The notes under the pieces are model-generated. The model did no database searches. It saw nothing but the letters and a program-made list of their open reading frames with translations, and was not told the DNA's origin. Below, piece after piece: positions 1 through 11,000 of a stretch of 20,000 nt of DNA (positions are counted from its first letter, which is position 1; the number at the start of each line of letters is the position of its first letter). This DNA is from Rhizaria sp. SCN 62-66 (taxonomy: Eukaryota). The position numbers were made by a program, and so were the translations under genes. The DNA lies in the NCBI GenBank assembly GCA_001724265.1, contig MEDY01000135.1:46524-66523 (forward strand). Direction: 5' to 3'.

Positions 1-2088
1 GCCGCCGCTGCTGCCGCTGCCCATGCGGGCGCGAGTGCGCCTGTGAGCGGCGCGGTGGGTGAGATCGTGGTCGACGTGAGTCCGTTGTCGCTCGTGCACT
101 GGCTGCTGCACCTGCTCGACTGCGCGACCTCGCCGCTGACTCTCCTCGCCGCGCTGCTCGCCGCTGCACGGACCGCCGTTGCCTGGCCCGCCACTGCAAT
201 CTCGGCCGCCCTCTCGACCGCGACCGCCCCCGCCCCTGTGAGAGCGACTGTGGCTGCAACCGTGAGCCACAGCGTGAGCGTGAGCATGAGCACGCTCTGG
301 CTCGTCGCGCTCGCCGCGTCGGCCGCCACGCTGTTGCCCGTCGCCTGGCTCATCGGGCCCTTCCAGTGGTTCACGCCGCCCGCGCTCGCCGCTATCAACA
401 GCAGCAGCAACGGCGCGAACGCAAACGAAGTTAAGCCGCGACTTAGCTTCAGCGCCGCGATGCGCCAGTTCCAGGACTCGACGATGACGACTCCGCAGCG
501 ACACTTGCTGCATGTTGTGGCGCCCGACGCGGTTCGTGAGGCGCGCGAGCGGGACAGCCGCCGCCGGAAGCCTGCTAACAGCAATGCCAGCAGCGCAAAC
601 ACCATCACTAGTGACAGTATGACAGCCCAACCTACTGTTGCGAGTCCTGCGAGCGCTGCAGCTGTGAGCGCAAGTGGTTTTGCGAACAGCAGCAGCAGCA
701 GCAGCAGCAGTGGCGGCGTTGCTGTGACCCCCGCGGCGCGGGGACGGCGCGCCACGCTTGCGCCCAACACCGTCGCCGGCGCCGGCATCGCGTCCCGCAC
801 CAACGCCGCCAGCACGGCCAACACTCCCGGCGTCGGCGTTGGCGTCGCGAGCGCAGCGGCGCCGGGGACGGGCGGAGTCATGCGCTTCAGCGCCCGCACT
901 ACCGGCGGGGCAGCCGTGGTTGCTGCAGGCAGCAGCAAGAAAGCTGCTCTTGCTCAATCACAACAGCAGCAGCAGTTTGACGGCAGTAACAGCGCCGTCA
1001 AAGCTCTGCGCCCGCGCGGGTCCGCCGCGCCGCTCCCGTCGCCCTTGGCGCCGGCGCCTTCGCCCTTTGCGCCCGCCGCCCGGACCCCGTTCACGCTGAG
1101 CGCGCTGTCGCCCTTCGCGCCGCCGCAGCGCGCCCTGAGCTCGGCGTTCGCGCTCGCTGCTCATCACACCGGCAATGACAGCGCGCATGGCAACGACAGC
1201 GGGCTCGAGGAGGGCGGCGAGTGGACCGACGACGACACCAGTGAAGTGGGCTACGGCAACCGCAATAACAATGTCAACAACGCCGGCAGTAGTAGCAAGA
1301 ACGTGAACGGCGCGAGTCGCGGCGGCGCCTACAAGGGCGGATACGACATTAGCGACGGCGACTACAACTACGACGACGACGACGGCGACGCAAACGATGA
1401 CGATGACGACGATGACGTTGCGCTCGGTGATTATGACGACGACTATGACGACGACGACGGCGACTACGGCGACGCGGCGTCGGAAACCAGCGAAGCCTCG
1501 CGCTATACCAATACAAGCAGCTACAGGGGCATCAGCGCCCGCGGCAGCAGAGGCGACGGGAGCAACATCGCCAGCGCCAGCGCCGTTGCGAGCAGCGTCC
1601 GCGCTGCCGCTGCCGGACCGGGCAGGCCTGTCCCTGCGCGCCGCCGCAGCAGCATTTCGCGCGCCGCCGTCCCCAGCGCCAGCGCGGCCGCCACTCCCTC
1701 TGGCGGCCGCCGCCGCAGCAGCATCACGCCCGCGAATGCCGCTGCCGCTGCTGCTGCGGCTGCTGTTGTCAGTGGCACTGGACGCAGAGGCAGGCGCGCC
1801 AGCGACGCCCGCGCGCGCTCGCCCGCCCGCTCCGCCGCGAACTTGACCGCGAACAACGCCGGCAGCCGCAGCGGCAGCCGCAGCCGCAGCTTTGCAGGCG
1901 GCGCATCTAGTCGTGGCACGACCCCTGTCCGCGGCCCCCGCGCCACGACGCCCGTGGGCACGGCGCCCGCGGCGGGCGCGGCGCAGCGGTCAGTGACGCC
2001 GGTGCGCCGGAGCCGGCGCAGCTCGATCAAGGGGCCCTGGGTGGGGCCCGACATCGCGTCGCCGCGCGGCGCCAAGGTCAAGTGGTGA
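1..2088 (+). CDS. 5'-truncated uncharacterised low-complexity protein: hydrophobic/TM-like segments near the window start, Ala/Ser/Gly-rich disordered region, Asp-rich tract, Arg/Ser-rich basic tail
   Basis: Frame 1 is open from base 1 (AAAAAAAHAGASAPVSG...) to TGA at 2086-2088, so the track's GTG start at 43 is probably internal. Strong G/C third-position bias, with an abrupt drop to AT-rich sequence after the stop. No recognisable family motif. Confidence 0.75.
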   Translation, partial: AAAAAAAHAGASAPVSGAVGEIVVDVSPLSLVHWLLHLLDCATSPLTLLAALLAAARTAVAWPATAISAALSTATAPAPVRATVAATVSHSVSVSMSTLWLVALAASAATLLPVAWLIGPFQWFTPPALAAINSSSNGANANEVKPRLSFSAAMRQFQDSTMTTPQRHLLHVVAPDAVREARERDSRRRKPANSNASSANTITSDSMTAQPTVASPASAAAVSASGFANSSSSSSSSGGVAVTPAARGRRATLAPNTVAGAGIASRTNAASTANTPGVGVGVASAAAPGTGGVMRFSARTTGGAAVVAAGSSKKAALAQSQQQQQFDGSNSAVKALRPRGSAAPLPSPLAPAPSPFAPAARTPFTLSALSPFAPPQRALSSAFALAAHHTGNDSAHGNDSGLEEGGEWTDDDTSEVGYGNRNNNVNNAGSSSKNVNGASRGGAYKGGYDISDGDYNYDDDDGDANDDDDDDDVALGDYDDDYDDDDGDYGDAASETSEASRYTNTSSYRGISARGSRGDGSNIASASAVASSVRAAAAGPGRPVPARRRSSISRAAVPSASAAATPSGGRRRSSITPANAAAAAAAAAVVSGTGRRGRRASDARARSPARSAANLTANNAGSRSGSRSRSFAGGASSRGTTPVRGPRATTPVGTAPAAGAAQRSVTPVRRSRRSSIKGPWVGPDIASPRGAKVKW

Positions 2089-2618
2089 GCGCTTCTTCGC
2101 GCTGTGTTGCTTGAAATTGTCCGCAAAATTTTTTTTATGAGTGTCATTTGATACTCTTCTTGTTTTTGTTTTGTTTTTCAATCTGTTCTTTAAAAAAATT
2201 TACATCGTGCCCCCGTACTTGCACTTTGATCAATCCGTATTCGTAATATTCATACGATGTGACACTAGTATATAGAATCGTTGCTCGCTTAATGAGACAA
2301 TGTACATATGCTACTCTGAATTCTCTTCCACTACATTAGCTTTTTTTCTATCGCACCACTCTTCGCTTTGCACTGTCATCAGTCAATACAGTTTGCTAAG
2401 TTAACTCCCTACGTCTTGTGAATAGAATATTATTGTTTATTATTATGTATCAAACCAGCGGCAAGCCATGCGCAACCGCCTTATATTTCATCAAATATTA
2501 TTTTTACTACATACTCGTCCCACAGTAAACACCCACACACAAGCACCACACGTCAACATCACTCGTTGACTGTGACCTGACCACTCAGCACCTGACTGAC
2601 TGGTTGAGTGAGTGCTGC

Positions 2619-4116
2619 TTACGCGGAGGGCTGGCCACTGCCGGCGGCGGCGGCCTCGCGCGCCTTCTGGTAGGCCGCCATCTGCGCGTTGAGGTCGCTC
2701 TCAGTCACCTTGGGCTTGGGGGCGGGGGCGGCCTTCTTGGCGGGCGCGGCAGCCTTCTTGACGGGGGCCTTGGCGGGGGACTTGGCGAGGGCGGCGGCGG
2801 GCTTCTTGGAGAGAACCTTCTTGGCCGGGGACGCAGAGGCCGAGGCGGGCACCGCGCGGGACGGCGAGGCGGCGCGCGCGGGGGACGACGGGCTGCGGGC
2901 GGCGACCTTGGCCTGGAGGTGGGCAGGCACCTGTTATATCAAACAATATGGAACAATGTCACGAAAGCAAGAGAGAACAGAAAAGAGCAAAAGATGTTAG
3001 AATATAAAGTAAAAGTCGCAATATGTTTATGAAACTGCATATACACACATATTTACGTATTTACGATTAAAATGTAAAATTAATCGTCACATACCTTGTT
3101 CTTGGGGGCGGGCGAGGAGCGCTGGAGGGGCGCGGCGGCGCGGCGCGGCGCGGGGGCGGGAGAGCGCGAGCGGTCGCGGTGCGAGTCCAACGCAACCTCA
3201 AAGCCGACGTTGCGGTTGTTGTTGTTGTTGTGGCGGGGCGCGTTGAAAGGCGCGTAGCCCATGGCCTGCGTGTCGTAGCCGCGCACAGCGCCGGTCGCGT
3301 GGTGGGGTTGCTGCGACTGGGGCTTCACGGGGCGCGGGTCGGGCTTGGCGGCCGCGGGCGCCGGAGCGGGCGTGCGCTTGACGACGACGGGCGGCGCAGT
3401 GCCGAGCGTGCACTGGAGGTGGACGGACATGATGCGGCCGTCGACAGAGGCACCGTCGTACTCCTCGAGGGCGCGGCGCGCCTCCTCAGGGGTCGCGAAC
3501 GTGATCAGCGATGAGCCGAGGGAGCGGCCAGCCTGGTCGTAGTAGACCGTGACGGAGGTGACGAGGCCGCAGTCGCGGAAGACGTCGTTGCGGAGCTCGT
3601 CCTCGCCGATGGCGGGGTCGAGGTTGGAGACGCGGATGGTGCGGTCGGCCTTGAGGGGGCGCTCGGGGGCCGCGGCCGCGGCGGGGGCGGAGGCGGGCTT
3701 GGGGGGGAAGCCGGACACTGATGACGGAATATCAAGGGCAGATGGTGGTGTAAAACGCAAGAAACACGATGCAAGAAAGAGTGGGGTAAGTGGTGATGCG
3801 GGGAAGCACAGGACGAAAGAAAGCCAATAGTGAAGTGGCCAAGCGAGACCAATGAGTGTTTTGTTAACGCCTGCAAGATCTGATGACAGAATAGTCATAG
3901 TACCACATTGGCACAAATTTAGAAGCAGATCTGTACAGAGATGTGCGTTGTGCAGAACAAAAGGAGCTGATGGTCACGGCAAGCGTGAAAATAGAGAAGG
4001 CGGGAGCTGTTGTAACCCGAGATTCGGGCCGAAGTTTCGCAAGGCTCGGCGAACACGATCCGAGACGAAAAAAGGCAAACCTTTAAATAGGTTGTGATAT
4101 GAGACAGTGACGTACT
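2619..4116 (-). CDS. ALYREF: ALY/REF (THOC4/Yra1-like) RRM mRNA-export adaptor; proposed join(4116, 3717..3095, 2930..2619), 311 aa
   Basis: The RRM 'IRVSNLDPAIGEDELRNDVFRDCGLVTSVTVYYDQAGRSLGSSLITFATPEEARRALEEYDGASVDGRIMSVHL' matches the ALY-type pattern (VSNL...YD.sGRSLG...F....A..A...Y.G..lDGR.M). The C-terminal 'PKVTESDLNAQMAAYQKAR' resembles the ALY C-terminal UAP56-binding motif (EELDAQLDAY). The exons join in frame (936 nt) and end in TAA. The 5'-most exon is less certain than the rest. Confidence 0.85.
2931..3094 (-). other. spliceosomal intron (164 nt, phase 0) in the ALY/REF-like gene
   Basis: Minus strand AAG|GTATGT ... ATAACAG|GTG. AT-rich interval between two GC-rich coding blocks; splicing joins PKNK to VPAHLQ in frame. 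Confidence 0.9.
3718..4115 (-). other. probable first intron (398 nt) of the ALY/REF-like gene, splitting the start codon A|TG
   Basis: Minus-strand acceptor CATCAG|TGTCCGGC sits at the edge of the GC-rich exon, after pyrimidine-rich sequence. Donor CAAA|GTACGT at 4115 is the same hexamer as the donor at 4561. The acceptor is well supported; the donor choice is inferred. Confidence 0.6.
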
Positions 4117-4529
4117 TTGCACAGGGAACTAAAGATAACTAGACGACCTAGTTATGTCTGTCAACCCTCTCCAACATCACCCTTCGTGATCAGTCAGTGT
4201 TGCCAGTCCAGCGAGCCAGACCAGCCGACCGGCCCCGGCTTGATTTCCTCTTGGTCAGTCGGACTGTGACAGACGACGAGGCAGGCGCCCATGAGGAAAC
4301 TAAAAAGTGTCGTGTTCGCGAGAGACTCTCCGTCAAATAGCTTCTGTCGCAGTGTACAGGTACTGCCTTGCTTTGATATCTTTGTCATTTTGATTATATC
4401 TTACCAGTCGCTCGTCTCACCCCTCAACGGACTTTCTGCAGCGTTAGCTCTTCGGTGACGAACGACACACACGTATAGTCCCTTCCGACCTCGCTCAGAG
4501 ACACCTGTCTGTCTCTCTGTGTGGGGGAC
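4117..4529. promoter_or_regulatory. short divergent intergenic region (5' UTRs plus probable bidirectional promoter)
   Basis: About 410 bp between the inferred start codons of two head-to-head genes. Inferred from gene geometry only. Confidence 0.5.
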
Positions 4530-6425
4530 ATGTCGCGCTTCCAGCTCCTATGCCAGACGGGTACGTCCTTGAATCTCCTCTTGTCTCTCAAGTTTTGAAC
4601 CGTATCTCTCAATCGCTCTCTGCCCCAAGTGATCTAATTCTATCATCAGTTTCTCTACACCACGCTTCGCTCACACGCTCTGTCTTTTTACTTTGGTTTT
4701 CTTGTACATCTTTCACAGGCTTTTTCATCCCGTCGGGCACCTGCGACTCGAACGCCGACCTCATGAGCGGCTACCGCATCGCCAGCGTGGTCATATGGTC
4801 CATCGCCGTGCTGCTGCTTCTGCCTAACGTCATGTGCCGCCGCCGCCGCTCCCGCTCGCCCTGCGGCAACCTCGTCATCCAGACCCTCTTTATTGCCGCC
4901 GTTTTGCGTCTCTGTAGCTTTGCGCTGGCCCTCGCTGAGGCGCTCCCGCGCGACGCCGCGTTGTTCCTCTTCGGCTCCGGCTCGTGCCTGCTCGCGGCAT
5001 GCTTCACCACGCTGTCCTTCCGCTGGATCAAACTGGGCATCCAGATCCGCTCCCAGCGCCTCGACCACCCGCGCGTGGCGCTCGTGCGCGTGCTCTACAT
5101 TATCCTCGCCGTCCTGCTGCTGAGCCTCTACCTCGCCTCGCTCGCGCCATCAGCGCCTGACGCGCTCGCGCTAGCCGGCCAGGCCAGCATAGGACTGCTC
5201 TTCCTCGTCGCCGCGCTCGCCACGGCCGCGCAGCTCCAGACGCTCTACGGCATGCTGCGCGCGCTCCACGTCGTCACCGTCGCGGTCGGGGAGACGTACC
5301 CGTCCCCTCGCTCCTCGTCCGCAGCCGCTGCCGCTGCTGCGGGTGGCGGCTCCGGCGGCGTCAACAGCCCCACACACAGCCAGCGCAAGGAGCCTCTGCT
5401 CAGCGGCGGTGGCGGCGGCGGCAGCAGCGACAGCGCGGGCGGGCAGCGGTACAACTCGACCGGGCACCGCCACGGCGACAGCGACGGCATGGCTCTGAGC
5501 CACGGCCACGACGGTGGCCACGCGGCCGGCGACAGCGATAGCGCGCGCCGTCTGCGCGCCGTGGGCGTGACGGGCCTCATGGTCGCGCTGCTGACCGCGC
5601 TGTACCTCCTGTGCACGGGCCTCGCGCTGGCCCTGCGCGCGAGTATGGTGCTCACGCCGCTCTTCTTCTTTGTACTCCGCACCGCCGAGCTCTTGTTCGC
5701 GGTGCTCATCTTGCTCACGGCGCACCCGGAGGCGCTGCTGCTGGGCGACGCCGACGCCGACGCCGACGCCGCGGCCGCCGAGGCCGGGCTCACCGGCAGC
5801 GCCTCGGCCTCGGGCTTCACACTGGGCGGCAGCGGCGGCGGCGGCGGCGGGCTCGGCGGTCTGGCGGCGGCCTCGTCGGTTGGCACGGACCCCAACTCGT
5901 TCTCGACCTACAACAACTACAGCTACGGCGCCGGGCTGGTGATGGACGACGACCGCTACGCGGCCGGGTACGACGTGTATGCGGCGCACGGCGTTGATGT
6001 CGCGGGCACGCCGCTCGCCGGGTCCGTGCGCCTGCAGGCCGGCTCGCTGGGCGCCGCCGCGGCGCGGCTGGGGTATTCGCCCGCGGTGTACAACAGCGGC
6101 GCCGGCAGCGGCAGCGGCGGGCTCAGCGGCAACAGCGCGGGCGGCATCGGCAGTCTCGGCGCCGGCAGCGCCGCGGGGGGCGTCATGGTCATCGGCAGCG
6201 CAGGCTCGGCGCACGGTCACCGCATCCACGGCCACGGCCACAGCAGCCACGGGCAGGGCGAGACTGTGGGCTTCTCACGCTTCAGCCCGCTGTCCCCCGC
6301 GGCCGCTGCGGGGGCGCTGGGCGGCGTCGGCTCGGCCTCGGCCTCGGTCTCGATGGGGCCCTCGATGGCGGCCACCGCGGCCGCGCACGCCACTGCCAGT
6401 CACACCGCCGCCGCGGCCAACAACA

Positions 6426-6488
<63 letters not shown>

Positions 6489-6691
6489 TGGAGCCCGGGA
6501 GCGTAGCTGGGTCGAGCGACGGCAGCGGCGGCGTCACCATCGGGTCTCGGTACTCGGTGGCGTCGACACCGATGTCATACGCGTCCTACGGGCAGTTCAG
6601 CCCTTACGCGCCGCAGGGCCACCGCAGCAGCAACTTCGTGCTGCACGCGCAAAGCCCGCCCGGCAAGAGCATCGGGTCGCCGCCCAACTAA
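4530..6691 (+). CDS. 7-TM THH1/TOM1/TOM3 (DUF1084)/GPR137-like membrane protein with a long Gly/Ser/Ala-rich C-tail; join(4530..4560, 4719..6691), 667 aa
   Basis: Seven hydrophobic helices with family-like residues (TM2 'AAVLRLCSF', TM3 'CFTTLSFRW', TM7 'RTAELLFAVLIL'). The spliced N-terminus reads MSRFQLLCQTG-FFIPSGTCDSNADL. Ends TAA at 6689-6691. The family call is from motif recall, not a database search. Confidence 0.75.
4561..4718 (+). other. spliceosomal intron (158 nt, phase 1)
   Basis: ACGG|GTACGT ... long polypyrimidine tract ... TTTCACAG|GC. Splicing puts ATG 4530 in frame with the 7-TM ORF (2004 nt total). Confidence 0.85.
6428..6487 (+). repeat. (GGC)19 GGT trinucleotide repeat encoding poly-Gly20
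   Basis: Perfect GGC run at 6428-6484 followed by GGT, in frame in the 7-TM protein tail. Confidence 0.95.
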
Positions 6692-8015
6692 GAAACCGGG
6701 GGACTGAGGTGAGGGGAGGGAACAGCAAGATGTGACCGCTTCAGTTAGAAAGGTTGGGTCAGTGTCTGGAGTGTCGCTTATTTCAATATAAGCACAACGA
6801 GGCAAGGCACTTGGTCTGATCATGAATGATTTTTATACGTACTACATGGAATGGACTTGGACTTGTGCGATTAATCATGAATGACCAGAGGGAAGATGAT
6901 AACATATAAACGCTACAATAGGGACATGTATAATGATTTAAATAAATACAATAAGCACTAATTTCTCGCCTTACTTCTCATCCACACTCGCAACACATGG
7001 TGAGTGTGTAATTTGAGGCCGTATAGCGCGGTGATAGGAATAAAAGAAGAAAAAAAAAGAAGTGTGCAAAGTTGGAAGTGAACTTGGTTCCTTCAGAAGT
7101 TTATGCTCGTATTCGTGCAAAAGTTAACGCACCAAATAGCAAAAAAAAATGAGGATTATGCCTATAAATCAAAATTTAAAATATTTAATGTAAATAAATA
7201 TATTTGACGGAACAGAGTTCACCCCCAATGGGTGGCTACTACGACTGGTGAGCAAAGACGGGGAAACACCTTTTGCACGAACGACAAAGACTGGTTAATT
7301 TACGGCACTGGAAATTTCGCCGGCTTCATCCAGCCGTGGTGATAAAGAGGTTGTGAATACGGCGATTGACAGAGTTGGTAATATTAATTTTCTATTTCGA
7401 TTGCTTCCGCCATTTTCTAGTAGTCAGGACAGAGCTTGTTTGGGAGCTTAATAGGATGGCTCGTTTGACAAGCAGAACGAAGTTTTTCTTGCCCTTTTAA
7501 AAGGGTTTTGTGCTTATCAATGCTTATTTTGGGGTATTAGGAGTGAAGACATCAGTTGGAAAGTTGCACGCGCCACGTTTTCTTGCGTATATCTTTTTTG
7601 GCCATTAGCTACGATCTCTTTTAGTTCTCACCTTACGTTCAACTTCTATGCTCTTTGCGACGTCGCTTCGCACTTTTTAATTCCCGTCCCCGTAGGAGCG
7701 ACGCAGTTTCCCCCGGCGTCCTGCTCATTTCTATTCTTCTCATTTCTTTCACGAGGCCTAGGTTTTATTCCTACGGCTGCGCTCTGTACTCCAGTATTTG
7801 ACCGATCCCGCTGTTGTGCCGATATTCGATCGCTCCATTGTAGGATCTCATTCGGAGTCTTTGCTTCCTCCTCCGGCCTTGAGCCGTCCTCACAACTGTT
7901 CACACTTATACCAATCTTGACAGCGACGTAAAACACTCGTGAGACTTTTCCTGGCACAAGAACTGAAGGAGTGGACACGTCAAGACACCAAGCACGTGGA
8001 GTTATTGTTACGACA

Positions 8016-11000
8016 ATGTTGCGTTGCTTTCGCTTCTTGTCAGCGCATCTACCGATGCTGCTATTGCTGCTGTCTTCGCTGTCCATTTTTCTGCTCCAAG
8101 TCTCAGCGTCATCGAATTTCTTTTTTCCGTCCACCAGCAACTCTCGCGGTGCCAATGTGTTCGTGCACTTCGTTCTTGATGGCCCGCACTCCGTCAACGT
8201 GGCCACCACTATCTTTCTGTCGACGCTCTCGCCCACGTCCTCGATCCTGTTCGCGGAATTCAGTGGTGGTCTTTCAAACTGTTTTTTTCATGACATTACG
8301 TCGGCGTCGACCCTGTCTGCGATCTCTTACGCTGCGTCCACGTACACCTTCACCGTCACACACACCGCCGACTCGTCCTTGGCTAAGCTCGTCATCTGCT
8401 CTGTGCTGGTGGCCGACGCTGCGGATGTCAATGCGAACAGCACTGCGACAGCGAGCTTTGTTACAGACACTGTGGTAGTAGCCACGGCCTCAATCTACAT
8501 TGCCGCGTCGTTTCTCACTCCAACACTGTCGATGTGGCGTAACAGCGACCAATTCGTACAGTCGCGCCAGAGCACGCCGGTGTACATCTACAACACTTTC
8601 ACCACGCCAGTGGTTTTGGGCAGCGAGGCTGGTAAGTCTACGGCGTTTATGACTATTAAGGTTGCTTGGGCATCTGAGCTAATGACCTGTTCCATGGTCT
8701 TCGAGGGCGGACTTGCGGCAACGGTCGCTGCTCCAACCGTCTCAGGCACTGTTGCGACGTACGCCGTCACGTTCCCGACGCAGATGCGCGAGACCACCGA
8801 GTTCGAGCTCCGATGTCTTGCATATTGGCGCTCTTCCAATGAGTCTGTTTTCTCCGGAGTCAGTATCGATGTTGCACTTATCTTCCCGTCTGGATTCACG
8901 CTCACCAAAAGCCCAAGCTATTTCTACTCCATCGAGTCGACAATGAACAAGACCTTGATCCCTATTGCTAGCACCAGTGATGGCGAGTGGGTTCCCGCAC
9001 TCTCTGGCTCGTCGCACGTGCTCGGCCTTGCGGGTAACGTCGCTGCGGCGAACAAAAGCGGTACTTTTTATTTTGCTATGAAATCCCCCGTTGGGGCAGA
9101 GGTCTACCGCGGCGCGCCGGGTTCATACTGTTTCCTCTTCGCAACACCGCTTAAGGACGACTTCACGGGTCCCGCTGTGTCACACTCACCCCACACACGC
9201 GTTAATAGTCTCACGTATGGCTCTGAGGGATGCACGTTCAGTGTTGCGCAAATGACTATCACAGGCACTGTGTCGGCGGCGCAAACGTCGCTCCAAGTGA
9301 CTATGGGCATTGTTCTTATGGATCCCCCCCTTTCGCTCACCAACAATGTCCCGCAGTCCTCTGTGACGTTCACCAGTATCCAAAACGTGTACCGTGGTGT
9401 GCCAACTGTTCTTGGCCTTTCGCCACTCTTTCAGACCGCGCCGACATACGTTACCACGTTCACGCCGGCCGGCCTATTTGTTCCGCCGCGCTCCTTTACC
9501 GTTACCGTGGGGTCTGAAACTCTTCTGTACCCGGACGACTGGGGCCGGCAAATGCAGAACGCACCCGTGACCTACCGCTCCAACATCACTAGCCCTCGCC
9601 TTTACACGCGTCCCCGGGCTCGCTACTTGCACGCGCAGACTACCAACGCGGCCTCTGCGCCGGTGCTTGGCCGGCTGTCACCCGCGACGTCCGGCCAGCT
9701 CACGTTCTGGTTTGGCGGCATCGCGTTTGAGAAGGCCGAAGACGTGGCGACATCGATCAGCACAATTCGACCCATTCTTGCCGACCTGTGGATGTTTGAC
9801 GCGCTTGGTAACACAACGACGCTGCTGTCAGGCGACCCGTCGCAAACGCGCTCCTCAGCGCGGTTGTATAATAACGGATAGTTCGTTCCCGTTGCCGGCG
9901 ATTACCACCCAGATCTTCACCCCGCGGCGCGGCACTCGGCGTCGCTCGCTTTCGACGCCGCGCTCGAAGTGCTTTGGCTCTACGGCGGCGCCGAGGGACT
10001 TATGGGCAACACCACGTCCGACACGCCTATTGCGCAGCAACGCTTCTTTGATGATCTGTGGTCCTATAACCTCAAGACCAACATGTGGGCGTGGTGGCGC
10101 GGCAGCGTGGTCCCGTTGTATCGTGCGCAGAATGCGACTTTATTCGGCTCGCTCCCGCCGCTCGCCGGCGCCGGTGCTGCAGCGCACGATGGCGTGTTGT
10201 TGATCTACGGCGGCCTGGTTATGAGCGCGGCCAACGCGCCTGAAGGGCGCAAACTGCCGTACTTTGAGCTTGACGCGATGATGATGTTCAACTCCTCCGA
10301 TGGGAGTATCACGCGCTTGGCTGGTGGTAGCAATGGTTACGACTTCACATTCAACGGCGGGACTCCCTTCGTTGGCGCCGCGACAAGCCCGCCTGCGGCA
10401 GCGTATCCGACGCTAGTGTGGAACACGCACGCCGCCACTGGAACGAGCGATGTGTACATGTACGGCGGTGTGCTTGCGCCCAGTCAAGCCGGATTCAGCT
10501 ACTTATCGCTCGACCTGGCCAACTCGCTCAACCCGCACTCTGACTCGAGCGTTCTTACCGGCCTCTGGCGTTTCTCAGTTTTGTCTAAGATCTGGACTCG
10601 TCTCGACGCGCCCACTGTGGCCATGTCGGCTAACCGCGGCCACCCGCGTATTGCGGAGCCGTTGCAGTCGGGCTTCCTCTCGCACCCCGGCGGACGCGTG
10701 TTTGCGGCGATGAACATTGCGCCCAACGGTGATGTGTATCTCTACGGGGGTCGTGGTCACTCGAGTGGGTTTATTATTACACCTAGCGGGTACGGCATCA
10801 GCAATGCGACTGTGCAGACGCTGACGAGTGTGCCTGCGCTTTCACCATTTACTTACCCGCTGTCGAGTCGGTTTGTTAATGGCGCCGATTCAAACGCAGT
10901 GACATTGTACGCGTTTGTCTACTCGGCCAGCGAGCTTCAGAATTCTGGCGTCAGTGTCAATGTGCCGCTTAACGACTTGGACATTATGCTGCGTCTTATG

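Noticed and set aside
3718-3916. Track N-terminal extension MCQCGTMTILSS... of the RRM ORF
   Set aside because: Composition and polypyrimidine content indicate intron sequence upstream of the CAG acceptor at 3718.
4550-4718. Track N-terminus MPDGYVLESPLVSQ... of the 713-aa ORF
   Set aside because: It reads through a pyrimidine-rich intron with clear GTACGT and CACAG ends; ATG 4530 with splicing fits better.
758-6506. Many overlapping alternative-frame and antisense ORFs in the GC-rich genes
   Set aside because: These are expected shadows of high-GC, codon-biased sequence and carry no domain signal.
6819-6884. 11-bp direct repeat ATCATGAATGA (6819 and 6874), possible snoRNA box or target-site duplication
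   Set aside because: Only two copies in AT-rich 3' flank, with no convincing C/D pairing or element ends.
7017-7040. GGCCGTATAGCGCGGTG resembling a tRNA 5' end
   Set aside because: It is followed by an A-rich tract with no anticodon arm, T arm or 3' acceptor strand.
7361-7412. tRNA-like fragment (GGCG...AGTTGGTA...TTCTA...TTCGATT...CGCCA), tempting as a CUA suppressor tRNA
   Set aside because: Only 52 nt, with 4 bp of acceptor pairing and no proper anticodon or T stems; it cannot form a cloverleaf.
7646-8236. 196-aa minus-strand ORF overlapping the start of the giant gene
   Set aside because: No recognisable motif, and it overlaps the signal-peptide-coding region on the other strand.
9863-9881. 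Tiny 16- or 19-nt GT...TAG intron removing the first TAG
   Set aside because: Neither length is a multiple of 3, so splicing would shift out of the conserved frame. The other introns here are over 150 nt.
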